The notes: generated by a model from the sequence alone, not told the origin. Counted from the first letter of the stretch, positions 27,643 through 38,442 are shown. The stretch is DNA of 64,000 nt from an uncultured Bacilli bacterium (GCA_944331955.1 CALVIY010000001.1:22013-86012); one strand, 5' to 3'. Translations and numbers: made by a program.

Positions 27643-28920
27643 ATGAAGAGTAATAAAAATAAAGATTTTATTTGGAATCTTTTAGGTTTAACAATCAATT
27701 CATTTAATTCTTTTTTCTTTTTAATTGTTGTAAATAGAATAAATGGTACTGAAAGTGGTGGAGTTTTTACTTATGCTTATTCACTAATCTGTTTATTTTA
27801 TATGATTGGTATTTTCTATACAAGAACATATCAAGTTTCCGATACTTCTAATAAATATACTAATAAAGAGTATATCTGTAGTAGAGCTTTTAGTTGTTTT
27901 ATGATGTTATTAGTAACTATTATTTCATTGTTAATATTTAGATATGATTATTTTAAAACAACTATAATAATATTATTATGTTTATATCGTTTAGTAGAAG
28001 CTTTTGCAGATGTATTTTTAGGTATTTTACAAAAAGAAGGCTTTTTATATAAAGCAGGTTTTTCACTCTTTGTAAAAGGTATGATTGGACTTATAGTATT
28101 TATATTAGTTGATTACTTTACAAAGAATCTAATAATTTCTTGTGTTTCTATTGTTTTAGTAAATATAATAGTATTTTTAATATATGATTTACCTAGTACT
28201 AAAAAATATATAGAAAAGTCATATAAATTAAAAAATGCTTTTGCAATATTAAAGACAAGTTTTCCTGTTTTTATCTTTACATTTTTAAATATATATTTAG
28301 TTAATGCCTCAAAATATATATTAGATATATTTGATAGTGCAAGCATTCAAAATGTATATGGAATTATTTTAATGCCTGGTACTGTTTTAAGTTTATGTGC
28401 TCAATATATTTTAAATCCTTATATTGTTCCATTAACTAATTTATATAAAGATAAAAAGTTTAAAGAATATGATAAATCAATATTTAAAATAATAGCAATA
28501 ATATTTATTTTAGGTATAGCTTGTGAATTTGTAGTTGCAATTATTGGTATACCTTTGTTAAACTTAGTTTATGGAATAGATTTGTCAGCTTATAAGATAG
28601 AATTATTGGTAATTATATTTGGCTCTATTTTTGTAGCTTTAATTGCTGTTATATCATCTGGCTTAACTATTATTAAAAAGAATTATATTCAAGTATATAT
28701 ATATATTGCTAATTGTATTTTAACAACTATAATAGCAGTATTACTTATAAATAAGTTTTCTATAATGGGAGCTTCACTTACGTATGCAATTTCTATGATT
28801 ATACAGTTTTGTAGTTCTTATTTATTTTATAAAAATTATATTAATGGAGGTATAGATAATGAAGGAAGTAATAAGAAGAGTATTAGAAGAGGAAAAAGAA
28901 AATTTAGAGTCGCTATCTAA
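27643..28920 (+). CDS. Wzx-like flippase (MOP superfamily polysaccharide biosynthesis protein)
   Basis: 425 aa with about 12 TM helices. The 3' end overlaps gmhA by 62 nt. Confidence 0.65.
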   Translation: MKSNKNKDFIWNLLGLTINSFNSFFFLIVVNRINGTESGGVFTYAYSLICLFYMIGIFYTRTYQVSDTSNKYTNKEYICSRAFSCFMMLLVTIISLLIFRYDYFKTTIIILLCLYRLVEAFADVFLGILQKEGFLYKAGFSLFVKGMIGLIVFILVDYFTKNLIISCVSIVLVNIIVFLIYDLPSTKKYIEKSYKLKNAFAILKTSFPVFIFTFLNIYLVNASKYILDIFDSASIQNVYGIILMPGTVLSLCAQYILNPYIVPLTNLYKDKKFKEYDKSIFKIIAIIFILGIACEFVVAIIGIPLLNLVYGIDLSAYKIELLVIIFGSIFVALIAVISSGLTIIKKNYIQVYIYIANCILTTIIAVLLINKFSIMGASLTYAISMIIQFCSSYLFYKNYINGGIDNEGSNKKSIRRGKRKFRVAI

Positions 28921-29446
28921 AAATGACTTTGAAGATAAAATTATAGATATGTCTAATATCATAATTAATTCTTTAGAAAATGATGGCAAGATTTTAATTG
29001 CAGGAAATGGTGGTAGTGCTGCTGATGCACAACATTTTGCAGCAGAAATTGTAGGAAGGTTTGTATTAGAAAGAAGTGGTTATCCTGCTATTGCTTTAAC
29101 AACTGATACTTCAATTTTAACTGCTGTTGCAAATGATTATGGTTATGATAAAGTTTTTTCAAGACAAGTAGAGGCTTTAGGAAATAAAAATGATGTTTTT
29201 ATTGGTATTTCTACTAGTGGAAATTCTAAAAATATTATAGAAGCGATTAAGGAAGCTAAAAATAAAGGAATGACTGTTTTAGGGTTAGTAGGTAAAGATG
29301 GGGGACTTATGAAAGAGATTTGTGATGTTTGCTTAGTATTTAACTATAAAGATACTGCTAGAGTTCAAGAGCATCATATTATGTCAATACATATTATTTG
29401 TGAAATAGTAGAAAGAAGTTTAAAAGATTATTATGAAAAACAATAA
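28859..29446 (+). CDS. gmhA: D-sedoheptulose-7-phosphate isomerase
   Basis: SIS domain: [43 protein letters not shown]. Confidence 0.9.
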   Translation: MKEVIRRVLEEEKENLESLSKNDFEDKIIDMSNIIINSLENDGKILIAGNGGSAADAQHFAAEIVGRFVLERSGYPAIALTTDTSILTAVANDYGYDKVFSRQVEALGNKNDVFIGISTSGNSKNIIEAIKEAKNKGMTVLGLVGKDGGLMKEICDVCLVFNYKDTARVQEHHIMSIHIICEIVERSLKDYYEKQ

Positions 29447-30662
29447 AACTTATATTCCATCTTTATTTAGTAAATTAACTAATTTAACCCAAAAATATTC
29501 TTTATTTAGAAAAATGAAAGCTTTGATGTATTATAGTGATGCAGTATTATCTTTATTTATTAAAAAACCTAAATATAAACATTCCAAAAAAAAGAAAGTC
29601 TTAATAATATATAATTTAGCGTTTGGTGATGGGGTAATTTTTAGATGTTCTCTTATCTATCTTAGAAAAATATATCCTAAAAATAAATATGATATTACTC
29701 TTATCTGTCAAAAGGGTATAGATAAATTATATGATAAGGATGATATTTTTGATAAGATAATTGCTATAGATTGTAATAAGGCTACAGTTAATTTGAAAGA
29801 AAGAATTAAAAATTTTAAGATTATTAGAGAAAATTATTATGATATTATAATTGATCCTGTTGGTATATTTGAATATACTACTAATGTTTTGTATACAAGA
29901 ATTGCTGTTGGTAATAAAAAGATTGGTTATATAGATAATAATTCTAAAGTTTATATTAGTAGAAGAAAGATTAAGAAAATATATAATAGAATTATAGAAC
30001 TTGATAAGAAGGATGTTTCACTTCTTGAGTATTATAATATTTTCTTTAATAAGTTAGCAGGTAAAGAGAATAAAATACCATTAGGATTTCAGAAACTAAA
30101 GACAACTCCTACAAAGTTAGAGCTTCCAAAAGATTATTTTATAATCTTTCCTAGTGCTAGTATTGGACTTAAAAGATGGCCTATTAATCGTTTTGCAGAA
30201 CTAGCAAAAAAAGTTTATCAAAAGACTAATATGACATTAGTATTAGTTGGAACACAAACTGATTTAGAAGCGATAAATGAGTTAGTAGAACAACTTGATA
30301 CTTCTATTCCTTATTTAAACTTAGTATTGAAGACTAGTTTAAATGATTATATAGATATAATTAAGAAAGCAAAGTTAGTTATTACTAATGATACAAGTGC
30401 TTATCATATCGCGGTTATTGAAGAAGTGAACTGTGCTCTTATTGCAGGTGCTTATACTTATGATAGATATGCTTTATATGATTTTCCTAATAAAGAGAAA
30501 TATAAAAGACCATGTGTTATTGTAAAAGATAAAAGTTGTAAAAATTGTAATAATAGATGTCCATATTTAAATAAAGATGATAAAACATGGCCATGTCTTA
30601 ATGAAATTACAGTTAATTATGCTTTTAAAAAGATTGAGAAATTACTTGATGAAAATAATTAA
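29433..30662 (+). CDS. Glycosyltransferase family 9 (heptosyltransferase-like)
   Basis: [37 protein letters not shown] motifs typical of GT9. The C-terminus is Cys-rich ([20 protein letters not shown]). Confidence 0.65.
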   Translation: MKNNKTYIPSLFSKLTNLTQKYSLFRKMKALMYYSDAVLSLFIKKPKYKHSKKKKVLIIYNLAFGDGVIFRCSLIYLRKIYPKNKYDITLICQKGIDKLYDKDDIFDKIIAIDCNKATVNLKERIKNFKIIRENYYDIIIDPVGIFEYTTNVLYTRIAVGNKKIGYIDNNSKVYISRRKIKKIYNRIIELDKKDVSLLEYYNIFFNKLAGKENKIPLGFQKLKTTPTKLELPKDYFIIFPSASIGLKRWPINRFAELAKKVYQKTNMTLVLVGTQTDLEAINELVEQLDTSIPYLNLVLKTSLNDYIDIIKKAKLVITNDTSAYHIAVIEEVNCALIAGAYTYDRYALYDFPNKEKYKRPCVIVKDKSCKNCNNRCPYLNKDDKTWPCLNEITVNYAFKKIEKLLDENN

Positions 30663-30685
30663 TATATTTAGAAAGGAAAAGATGT

Positions 30686-32134
30686 ATGGATATAGAAAAA
30701 TTAGAAAAAGTTAAAGATGTTAAGATTTTAGTGTTTGGAGATTATATAGTAGATAAATATATTTTTGGTAGTGTTAAAAGAATTTCTCCTGAGGCTCCTG
30801 TTCCTGTTATTAACTATGAAAAGAGCCAAGTAAAACTTGGAGGAGCAGGGAATGTTATAAATAACTTAATTTCATTAGGGGCTAGTGTTAGAGCTCTTGG
30901 TTGTACTGGATATGATGAAGCAGGTAACTTTATTTATAATACCTTTTTAGATAAAGAAGTTGATACTACTTTTTTTAAACAATATCCAGAGATTAAAACT
31001 ATTCAAAAGATAAGAGTTGTTTCTAAGACTCATCAGTTTATGCGTATTGATGAAGAAGAAGTTAAAGATTTACCTAGTTCATATTATCTTTATTTAAAAG
31101 ATAATATGGCAAACATTTTAGAAGATATTAATGCTATTATTATATCTGATTATGCTAAAGGAGCAGTAAATAAAGAATATGCTAGTTTAATTATTGATAA
31201 TGCTAAGAAAAAAAATATTCCTGTTATAGTTGATCCTAAAGGTAATGACTATAGTAAATATAGAGGTGCTACTTTATGTACACCAAACATGAAAGAGTTT
31301 ATGGAAGCAGTGAAAGTTCCTGTTAAGAGTGAAGAAGATATTCTTAAAGAAGGAGTTAAACTTGCTAAAGCTTTAAATTTAAAATATTTGATTGTTACTA
31401 GATCTGAAAAAGGTTTAAGTCTAATAGAAAACGATACTAAGAAAGATTTTCCTGCTAAAGCAAAAGAAGTTATTGATGTATCTGGAGCAGGAGATACCGT
31501 TATATCAACAATAGGAATATTACAGGCTCTTAATTTTGATATTAGTGATACATGTGTACTTGCTAATTTGGCAGCATCTGTTGTTATTTCTAAGTTTGGT
31601 ACTAGTACTTTGACTATGGATGAATTAATTTCTAAAGAGTTAGATGATACTAATTTTAAATTATTAGATGTTTCTACTATTAAAAACGTTGCAGATGAAT
31701 TAAAACAAAAAGATAAAAAAATAGTTTTTACAAATGGTTGTTTTGATTTATTACATGCAGGACATATTTCATCATTTGAACAAGCGAAAAAAATGGGAGA
31801 TATATTAATAGTTGCAGTTAATAGTGATAAATCTGTTAAAGATAATAAAGGAGATTTAAGACCTATAATATCTGAAAAAGATAGAATAAAAATGCTTTGT
31901 TCTTTAGAAGTTATAGACTATGTTGTTTTAATGGATGATAAGACTCCAGAAAGATTAATTAGTATAATTCAACCAGATATTTGTGTTAAAGGTGATGATT
32001 GGAAAGGTAAAGAGATACCTGAGAAGAAAATTATAGATTCATACGGTGGTGAATTAAAGTTCATTGAACTAAAAAAGAATTTATCTACTACTAAAATTAT
32101 AGAAAGAATTTTAAAAGTATATGAAAAAAAATAA
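30686..32134 (+). CDS. hldE: Bifunctional D-beta-D-heptose 7-phosphate kinase / D-beta-D-heptose 1-phosphate adenylyltransferase
   Basis: N-terminal ILVFGDYIVDKYIFGSVKRISPEAPVPV and GAGDT (PfkB kinase); C-terminal FTNGCFDLLHAGH (cytidylyltransferase fold); 482 aa. Confidence 0.9.
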   Translation: MDIEKLEKVKDVKILVFGDYIVDKYIFGSVKRISPEAPVPVINYEKSQVKLGGAGNVINNLISLGASVRALGCTGYDEAGNFIYNTFLDKEVDTTFFKQYPEIKTIQKIRVVSKTHQFMRIDEEEVKDLPSSYYLYLKDNMANILEDINAIIISDYAKGAVNKEYASLIIDNAKKKNIPVIVDPKGNDYSKYRGATLCTPNMKEFMEAVKVPVKSEEDILKEGVKLAKALNLKYLIVTRSEKGLSLIENDTKKDFPAKAKEVIDVSGAGDTVISTIGILQALNFDISDTCVLANLAASVVISKFGTSTLTMDELISKELDDTNFKLLDVSTIKNVADELKQKDKKIVFTNGCFDLLHAGHISSFEQAKKMGDILIVAVNSDKSVKDNKGDLRPIISEKDRIKMLCSLEVIDYVVLMDDKTPERLISIIQPDICVKGDDWKGKEIPEKKIIDSYGGELKFIELKKNLSTTKIIERILKVYEKK

Positions 32135-32627
32135 AGCAGTGTTTTTAGATAGAGATGGTACTATTAATTATGACTTTGGATATGTTTATGAGAAAGATAA
32201 ATTAAAGTTTTTACCAGGTGTTATTTCATCATTAAAAAGATTAAGTGAAGCTGGTTATCTTTTAATTATTATTACTAACCAATCTGGTATTGGAAGAGGG
32301 TATTTTACATTAGATGAATATAATGAATTTAATAACTATATGCTAAAACAACTAAAAGATAAGGGAGTAAATATTACTAAAGTTTATTATTGTCCTCATA
32401 CTGATTTAGATGGTTGTGATTGTAGAAAGCCTAAATTAGGTTTGTTTTATCAGGCAATAGATGAATATAATATAGATTTAGATAAGTCTTTTGCTATTGG
32501 TGATAATGAAAGAGATCTTGCTATTTGCATGAATTCGCCAATTTGTGGTATACTTCTAAATAAGGATAGTAAAAAGTTTGTTAGTAAAAGAAATCTTAAA
32601 GATGCAACGGACTTTATATTGTCTTGA
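32121..32627 (+). CDS. gmhB: D-glycero-D-manno-heptose 1,7-bisphosphate phosphatase (HAD-IIIA)
   Basis: FLDRDGTIN, ITNQSGIGRGYF, CPH....CDCRKP (zinc motif), GDNERD. Confidence 0.88.
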   Translation: MKKNKAVFLDRDGTINYDFGYVYEKDKLKFLPGVISSLKRLSEAGYLLIIITNQSGIGRGYFTLDEYNEFNNYMLKQLKDKGVNITKVYYCPHTDLDGCDCRKPKLGLFYQAIDEYNIDLDKSFAIGDNERDLAICMNSPICGILLNKDSKKFVSKRNLKDATDFILS

Positions 32628-32651
32628 AATTAAATTTTGGGGGGCAATATT

Positions 32652-33770
32652 ATGAAAGTAAGAGAGTCAAATTATGAATTATTACGAATAATTTCAATGT
32701 TTTTTATTGTACTATGGCATGTTATAATGCATGGTGAAGTTAATTTGAAGACAAGTGGTTCTGTTAGCTTTTTTATGAACTGTGTTTTATTATTATCAAT
32801 ATTCCATGTTAGTGTGTTTATGCTTATAACTGGGTATTATCAAAGTAAATCTACATTTAAATTAAAGAAATTACTTTCTTTAATTTTTGAAATAGCATTT
32901 TATAATTTTGTTATTAATACTTTTCTTTATTTAACTGGTCTTGTAGAGTATTCTAATGTGGAATATTTAAAGAGTATACTATTTTATAACTTTAGTTCTT
33001 TATGGTATATTCAGTGTTATATTATTGTTTATATGTTAAGTCCTTTTTTAAACAAATTTATATCTAGTGCAGATAGGGTAACTTTGAAAAGATTGATTAT
33101 AGTATTATTGTTATGCTTTTCTATTTTTCCATTTTTTTCTGATAGTTTGATGTATGATACTAATGGGTATACTGTTACACATTATATTTTACTTTATTTT
33201 ATTGGAGCATATGTTAGAAAATATAATTTAAATAATGAATTTATGAAGAACTTAAATAAACATCAAAAACAACTGATATATTTTAATATTTTTCTTTTCT
33301 CTTTTATAGCTAATGTTATGTTATATTATTTTGCTCAATATTTAGTTGGACTTGATAGTAATATTTTAAATTCAATAGGAAGTAATCTGATAAACCATAA
33401 ATATTATTATAGTAATCCACTTGTAATTATACAATCTGTTAGTTTATTTATGCTTTTTGGAACATTTAAATTTACTAATAAATTTGTTAATTATATCGCT
33501 TCTTTAGTTTTAGGGGTTTATATTATTCATGAAACGGAAGCTGTTAAAAATAGTATTTATATCTGGACGGGAATTTATGATGGTAATGATATCTTTGGTA
33601 AAGCAATTATTCTTAAGGTTTTGATAGTTGCTATCATTATATTTGTTGCTTGTTTATTAATTGAGATAGTTAGAAGATTAATCTTTAAACTTGTATATAA
33701 AATTAAAGTGGTTAGATATATTGATGGGAAAGTTGTTAATTTTATAGATAATCTTATGAAAATTAATTAG
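32652..33770 (+). CDS. Acyltransferase family 3 (O-acetyltransferase-like) membrane protein
   Basis: ELLRIISMFFIVLWHV N-terminus and about 10 TM helices. The ATG at 32652 lies 8 nt after a GGGGGG tract; the tracked TTG at 32637 is unlikely. Confidence 0.75.
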   Translation: MKVRESNYELLRIISMFFIVLWHVIMHGEVNLKTSGSVSFFMNCVLLLSIFHVSVFMLITGYYQSKSTFKLKKLLSLIFEIAFYNFVINTFLYLTGLVEYSNVEYLKSILFYNFSSLWYIQCYIIVYMLSPFLNKFISSADRVTLKRLIIVLLLCFSIFPFFSDSLMYDTNGYTVTHYILLYFIGAYVRKYNLNNEFMKNLNKHQKQLIYFNIFLFSFIANVMLYYFAQYLVGLDSNILNSIGSNLINHKYYYSNPLVIIQSVSLFMLFGTFKFTNKFVNYIASLVLGVYIIHETEAVKNSIYIWTGIYDGNDIFGKAIILKVLIVAIIIFVACLLIEIVRRLIFKLVYKIKVVRYIDGKVVNFIDNLMKIN

Positions 33771-33826
33771 AGTTTTGGGAAAGGAAGTATATACTAGATT
33801 TTTGAGTAGTGTAGAAAAGTGATATT

Positions 33827-34624
33827 ATGAAGCATGTATTTGTGGTTTTGGCCTATAAAGAGTCAGATAAATTAGAGTCTTGTATTAAATCAGTTTTGAA
33901 TCAGAGTGTTAAGACAAATGTTGTAATTGCTACTTCAACTCCTAATGATTATATAAGTAATATGGCAAAAAAATATAAATTAAAAGTTATTAAGAATAAA
34001 GAATCTAAAGGAATAGGGTATGATTTTGATTTCGCTTCTAATTGTGTTAAAGCAGATTTAGTTACTATCGCTCATCAAGATGATATTTATGAATATAATT
34101 ATGCCGAATCAGTTATTAATGCTTATGATAAGTGTAAAGATTCTATTATAATATTTACTGATTATTTTGAAGTAAAGAATGAAGTTAAGGAAATGACTAA
34201 TTTAAATCTTAAAATTAAGAGAATCTTGTTATTTCCTTTGCGATTTAAAGCTTTAAATAAATATAAATTCTTTAAACGAGGAGCGTTGAGATTTGGATGT
34301 GCAATATGTTGTCCTGCAGTTACGTTTGTTACTAAAAATGTTCCTAAGGATAAGTTTAAAAGTGATATGAAAGCTGATATAGATTGGCTTGCTTGGGAGA
34401 AATTATCAAAACTTAAAGGTAGATTTATTTATATACCAAAAAAATACATGGGTCATAGAATACATGAAGAGTCTACTACTACTGAAATAATAAATGAACA
34501 TACTAGGACTAAAGAAGATTTAGAAATGCTAAAAAAATTTTGGCCAGAGGCTATTGCAAAGTTTATAAATAAGTTTTATGTAAAAGCAGAGATTAATAAT
34601 AATGTAAAAGAGGATAGTAAGTGA
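33827..34624 (+). CDS. Glycosyltransferase family 2-like (GT-A fold)
   Basis: VFVVLAYKESDKLESCIKSVLNQS and AHQDDIY (DxD-like) motifs. Confidence 0.65.
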   Translation: MKHVFVVLAYKESDKLESCIKSVLNQSVKTNVVIATSTPNDYISNMAKKYKLKVIKNKESKGIGYDFDFASNCVKADLVTIAHQDDIYEYNYAESVINAYDKCKDSIIIFTDYFEVKNEVKEMTNLNLKIKRILLFPLRFKALNKYKFFKRGALRFGCAICCPAVTFVTKNVPKDKFKSDMKADIDWLAWEKLSKLKGRFIYIPKKYMGHRIHEESTTTEIINEHTRTKEDLEMLKKFWPEAIAKFINKFYVKAEINNNVKEDSK

Positions 34625-34626
34625 TT

Positions 34627-35064
34627 ATGGATAAATTTGTTAGAAATATGTTAAAAAAGTTTCATATAAAACTTTCAAAAAAACATGAAAATTTACTTAT
34701 TCAGATTTTTAAATTTGCTATCGTCGGTGGAATTGCGACAGTTATTGATTTTGCTTTTCTTTATATATTTAGAGAATTTTGTCATTTTCCAGTACTTGTT
34801 TCTAATACTTTGTCATTTTGTATTTCTGTTATATATAACTATATTGCAAGTGTTAAATGGGTATTTGATGTTAATAAAGAAAAAGATGCCAAGAAACAAT
34901 TTATCATTTTTATAGTATTTAGTGTAATGGGACTTTTACTAAATGATTTAATTATGTGGATTAGTGTAGATTTCTTAAGTATATATTATCTACTTGCTAA
35001 AATAATCGCTACATCTATAGTTATGATATTTAATTTTGTGACTAGGAAAATGTTTTTGGAATAG
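34627..35064 (+). CDS. GtrA-family membrane protein (polyprenyl-phosphate sugar flippase-like)
   Basis: FKFAIVGGIATVIDFAFLYIF, four TM helices, about 145 aa. Confidence 0.75.
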   Translation: MDKFVRNMLKKFHIKLSKKHENLLIQIFKFAIVGGIATVIDFAFLYIFREFCHFPVLVSNTLSFCISVIYNYIASVKWVFDVNKEKDAKKQFIIFIVFSVMGLLLNDLIMWISVDFLSIYYLLAKIIATSIVMIFNFVTRKMFLE

Positions 35065-35078
35065 TATAATTGCTATAA

Positions 35079-35111
35079 TAACTTGTGAAAATTTAGACAA
35101 GTTATTTTTTA
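35079..35111 (+). terminator. Rho-independent terminator
   Basis: TAACTTGT-GAAAATTTAG-ACAAGTTA followed by TTTTTT. Confidence 0.7.
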
Positions 35112-35173
35112 ATTTATAAAAATGTGGTAAAATATAGTTGTTTGTGTAGTATTTATTGAGGAAGGATTTGTTT

Positions 35174-36157
35174 ATGGAAAAAATATTAGTAACTGGCGGA
35201 GCCGGTTTTATTGGTTTTCATTTAACTAAACGATTATTAGATTTAAATTATGAAGTTATGGCAATTGATAATCTTAATGATTATTATGATGTTAAATTAA
35301 AAGAGGAACGTCTTAGAATATTAGAGAAAAACAGTAGTTTTTCTTTCAGAAAGATAGATATATCTAATAAAGGAGAATTAGAAAATATTTTTAAGGAAAA
35401 CAACTTTGATATAGTAATTAATCTAGCTGCTCAAGCCGGTGTTAGATATAGTATAGATCATCCAGATTCTTATATTGTTTCTAATATTATAGGATTTTAC
35501 AATATATTAGAGTGTTGCAGAAATTATCCTGTTAAGCATTTATTGTTTGCATCATCTAGTTCTGTTTATGGTAAAAATAAGAAAGTACCATATTCTACTG
35601 ATGATAAAGTAGATCAACCAGTTAGTTTATATGCAGCGACTAAGAAAAGTGATGAGTTATTAGCTTATGCTTATAGTAATTTATACGATATAAAAGTAAC
35701 CGGCTTAAGATTTTTTACAGTTTATGGTCCTTATGGTAGACCTGATATGGCTTATTTTTCTTTTACTAAAAATATTATAGATGATAAAGAGATAAAAGTA
35801 TTTAATAATGGTGATATGTATCGTGATTTTACTTATATTGATGATATTGTAGAAGGAATAATTGAACTATTAGATAAAGTCCCTTTAAAAGATGAAAATG
35901 GTGTTTCTTATAAAATATATAATATAGGTAATAATCATCCTGTTAAAATTAGTAAGTTTATTGAAATATTAGAAAAAGAAATAGGTAAAGATGCTAAAAA
36001 AGTTTATTTACCTATGCAACCTGGAGATGTTTATCAGACTTATGCTGATATTACAGATTTAACTAAAGAAACAGGATTTGTGCCTAAGACATCTTTAGAA
36101 GAAGGGTTAAGTAAGTTTGTTAAATGGTATAAAGAGTTTTATGGTGGTGATAAATAA
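35174..36157 (+). CDS. NAD-dependent UDP-glucuronate 4-epimerase (CapI/WbnF/LpsL-like)
   Basis: ILVTGGAGFIGFHL, DNLNDYYDVKLK, LAAQAGVRYS, SSSSVYG, LYAATKK, GLRFFTVYGPYGRPDMA, RDFTYIDDIV. The ATG at 35174 is preferred over the tracked TTG at 35156. Confidence 0.85.
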   Translation: MEKILVTGGAGFIGFHLTKRLLDLNYEVMAIDNLNDYYDVKLKEERLRILEKNSSFSFRKIDISNKGELENIFKENNFDIVINLAAQAGVRYSIDHPDSYIVSNIIGFYNILECCRNYPVKHLLFASSSSVYGKNKKVPYSTDDKVDQPVSLYAATKKSDELLAYAYSNLYDIKVTGLRFFTVYGPYGRPDMAYFSFTKNIIDDKEIKVFNNGDMYRDFTYIDDIVEGIIELLDKVPLKDENGVSYKIYNIGNNHPVKISKFIEILEKEIGKDAKKVYLPMQPGDVYQTYADITDLTKETGFVPKTSLEEGLSKFVKWYKEFYGGDK

Positions 36158-37452
36158 TGAAAGTAGTAGTAGCAGGAACTGGTTATGTAGGATTAATTAC
36201 AGGTGTTGTTTTAGCTTATATAGGTAATAAAGTGACTTGTATAGATGTTGATAGTAATAAAATAGATTTACTAAAGAGTGGTAAAAGTCCAATATATGAA
36301 AAAGATTTAGATAAATATTTATCTTTATCTAAAGATAATTTGAATTTTACAACAGATAATAATTGTTATGCTGATAGTGATGTTATTATAATAGGAGTTG
36401 GTACTCCAGAAAGAAAAGATGGTAGTGCTAATTTAGATTATGTATATAATGTTTGTGATAATATTATTAAATATGCATCTAAAGATTTAGTAGTAGTTAT
36501 TAAGTCAACTGTTCCTATTGGTACAAATGATGATATTGAAAAGTATTTTTCTTCTAAAAGAGATGATATTAAAATTACTGTTGCCAGTAATCCAGAGTTT
36601 TTAGCACAAGGAACTGCAATACATGATACTTTATATGCTAGTAGGATTGTTGTGGGAGCAGAAGATGAAAATACCTTTAGTATTATGAGAGAGTTATATG
36701 AACCATTAACTAAAGAACCTTATAATGTTCCTTATCTTGAAATGGACAGAAGAAGTGCTGAGATGGTTAAGTATGCATCAAATGATTTTTTAGCTTTAAA
36801 GATATCATATATCAATGAAATAGCTAATCTATGTAGTAAAGTAGGTGCTAATATTGATGATGTTACTAAGGGAATGAGTTATGATAAAAGAATAGGTTCA
36901 TTATTTTTAAAACCAGGTATAGGTTATGGTGGTAGTTGCTTTCCTAAAGATACTAAAGCTTTACACTGGCTTAGTAAAATAAATGATTGTGAATTAAAAC
37001 TAGTAAAAGATTGTATTGAAATAAATAAAAAACAAAAGTTAGTATTATTTGATAAATTAAGAGAAGATTTTAAGTCTTTAAAAAATCTAAAAGTAACTAT
37101 ATTAGGCTTATCTTTTAAACCTATGACAGATGATTTAAGAGAAGCGCCTTCTCTTGTAAATATAGATATGTTATTAGATTATGATGCTGTTATTACAGTA
37201 TATGATCCTATTGCAACTTCAAAAGTAAAAGCTATTTATGGTGATAAGTTAAATTATGCTAATACTATAGATGATGCGATTAAAGATAGTGATGCAGTGT
37301 TAATAATGACAGAGTGGCAAGAAATAAAAGATTATAATATAGATAACTATTTAAAACATATGAGAAAAGTAAACGTTTATGATGGTAGAAATTGTTATAA
37401 TCCAGTTGTTATGAAAGAAAAAGGAATAAATTATTATTCAATAGGTAGATAA
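36157..37452 (+). CDS. ugd: UDP-glucose 6-dehydrogenase
   Basis: VVVAGTGYVGL, NPEFLAQGTA, GYGGSCFPKD, LGLSFKPMTDDLREAP. Confidence 0.9.
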   Translation: MKVVVAGTGYVGLITGVVLAYIGNKVTCIDVDSNKIDLLKSGKSPIYEKDLDKYLSLSKDNLNFTTDNNCYADSDVIIIGVGTPERKDGSANLDYVYNVCDNIIKYASKDLVVVIKSTVPIGTNDDIEKYFSSKRDDIKITVASNPEFLAQGTAIHDTLYASRIVVGAEDENTFSIMRELYEPLTKEPYNVPYLEMDRRSAEMVKYASNDFLALKISYINEIANLCSKVGANIDDVTKGMSYDKRIGSLFLKPGIGYGGSCFPKDTKALHWLSKINDCELKLVKDCIEINKKQKLVLFDKLREDFKSLKNLKVTILGLSFKPMTDDLREAPSLVNIDMLLDYDAVITVYDPIATSKVKAIYGDKLNYANTIDDAIKDSDAVLIMTEWQEIKDYNIDNYLKHMRKVNVYDGRNCYNPVVMKEKGINYYSIGR

Positions 37453-37481
37453 AATTTTATTAAAGTAAAGGCAGTGATGTT

Positions 37482-38414
37482 ATGGATAAAATATCAATAA
37501 TTGTTCCTTGTTATAATGAAGAGGCTGCTATTCCTCTTTTTTATAGGGAAATTAGTAAAATTATGAATAAGATGAAACAAGTTAAATTTGAGTTGTTATT
37601 TATTAATGATGGATCTAATGATAATACTCTAAAAGAAATAAAAACTCTTGCTAATTCTAAAAAGGAAATTAAATATATTTCTTTTTCTCGTAATTTTGGT
37701 AAAGAAGCGGCTATTTATGCAGGTCTTGAACATAGTACTGGTGATTATGTAACTTTACTTGATGTTGATTTACAGGATCCACCAGAGTTTATTGAAGAAA
37801 TGTATAGAATTATAAAAGAAGAAGATATTGATTGTGTAGGATTGAAAACAGATGAACATAAAGAATATGGTATATTTAGAAGATTTTTTACTAGTTGTTA
37901 TTATAAATTAGTATCTAAATTATCAAAGACTGAAATGGTACCTGGTGCAAGAGATTTTAGGCTTATGACAAGACAAATGGCAGATGCTGTTTTAGAGTTA
38001 AAAGAATATAATCGTTATAGTAAAGGTATTTTTAGTTTTGTAGGTTTTGAAACAAAATGGATAACTTATAAGGTCCCTAAAAGAGTAGCAGGAAGTAGTA
38101 AATGGAGTCTCTTTAAGCTTTTTGTATATGCGATTGATGCTATTGTGGGATTTTCTACAGTACCGCTAACAATTTCTACAATTGTAGGAGTGTTATTTTG
38201 TTTTATTTCTATAGTTGCTATCATTATCATCATTATTAAAACTCTTATCTTTGGTGATCCTGTAGATGGTTGGCCATCACTTGTATGTATTATGTTTTTC
38301 TTAAGTGGTATTCAACTATTTTGTACAGGAATTAGTGGAGCATACTTATCTAAAACATATACTGAAGTAAAAAGACGTCCTATTTATATAATTAAAGAAA
38401 CTAATTATAAATAA
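37482..38414 (+). CDS. GT2 polyprenyl-phosphate glycosyltransferase with two C-terminal TM helices (GtrB/CsbB-like)
   Basis: ISIIVPCYNEE, FINDGSNDNT, SRNFGKEAA, DVDLQDPP, RDFRLM; C-terminal TM pair. Confidence 0.82.
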   Translation: MDKISIIVPCYNEEAAIPLFYREISKIMNKMKQVKFELLFINDGSNDNTLKEIKTLANSKKEIKYISFSRNFGKEAAIYAGLEHSTGDYVTLLDVDLQDPPEFIEEMYRIIKEEDIDCVGLKTDEHKEYGIFRRFFTSCYYKLVSKLSKTEMVPGARDFRLMTRQMADAVLELKEYNRYSKGIFSFVGFETKWITYKVPKRVAGSSKWSLFKLFVYAIDAIVGFSTVPLTISTIVGVLFCFISIVAIIIIIIKTLIFGDPVDGWPSLVCIMFFLSGIQLFCTGISGAYLSKTYTEVKRRPIYIIKETNYK

Positions 38415-38442
38415 AATTGTCAAATTAATGGCAATTTTTTTT
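38414..38442 (+). terminator. Rho-independent terminator
   Basis: AAATTGTC-AAATTAAT-GGCAATTT followed by a T run. Confidence 0.65.

Noticed and set aside
28859-28920. 62-nt overlap between the Wzx-like gene and gmhA, considered as a frameshift or misassembly.
   Set aside because: Both reading frames are individually plausible. gmhA has its own SD (GGAGG) and a normal N-terminus, and the flippase tail is simply a basic extension. No evidence of disruption.
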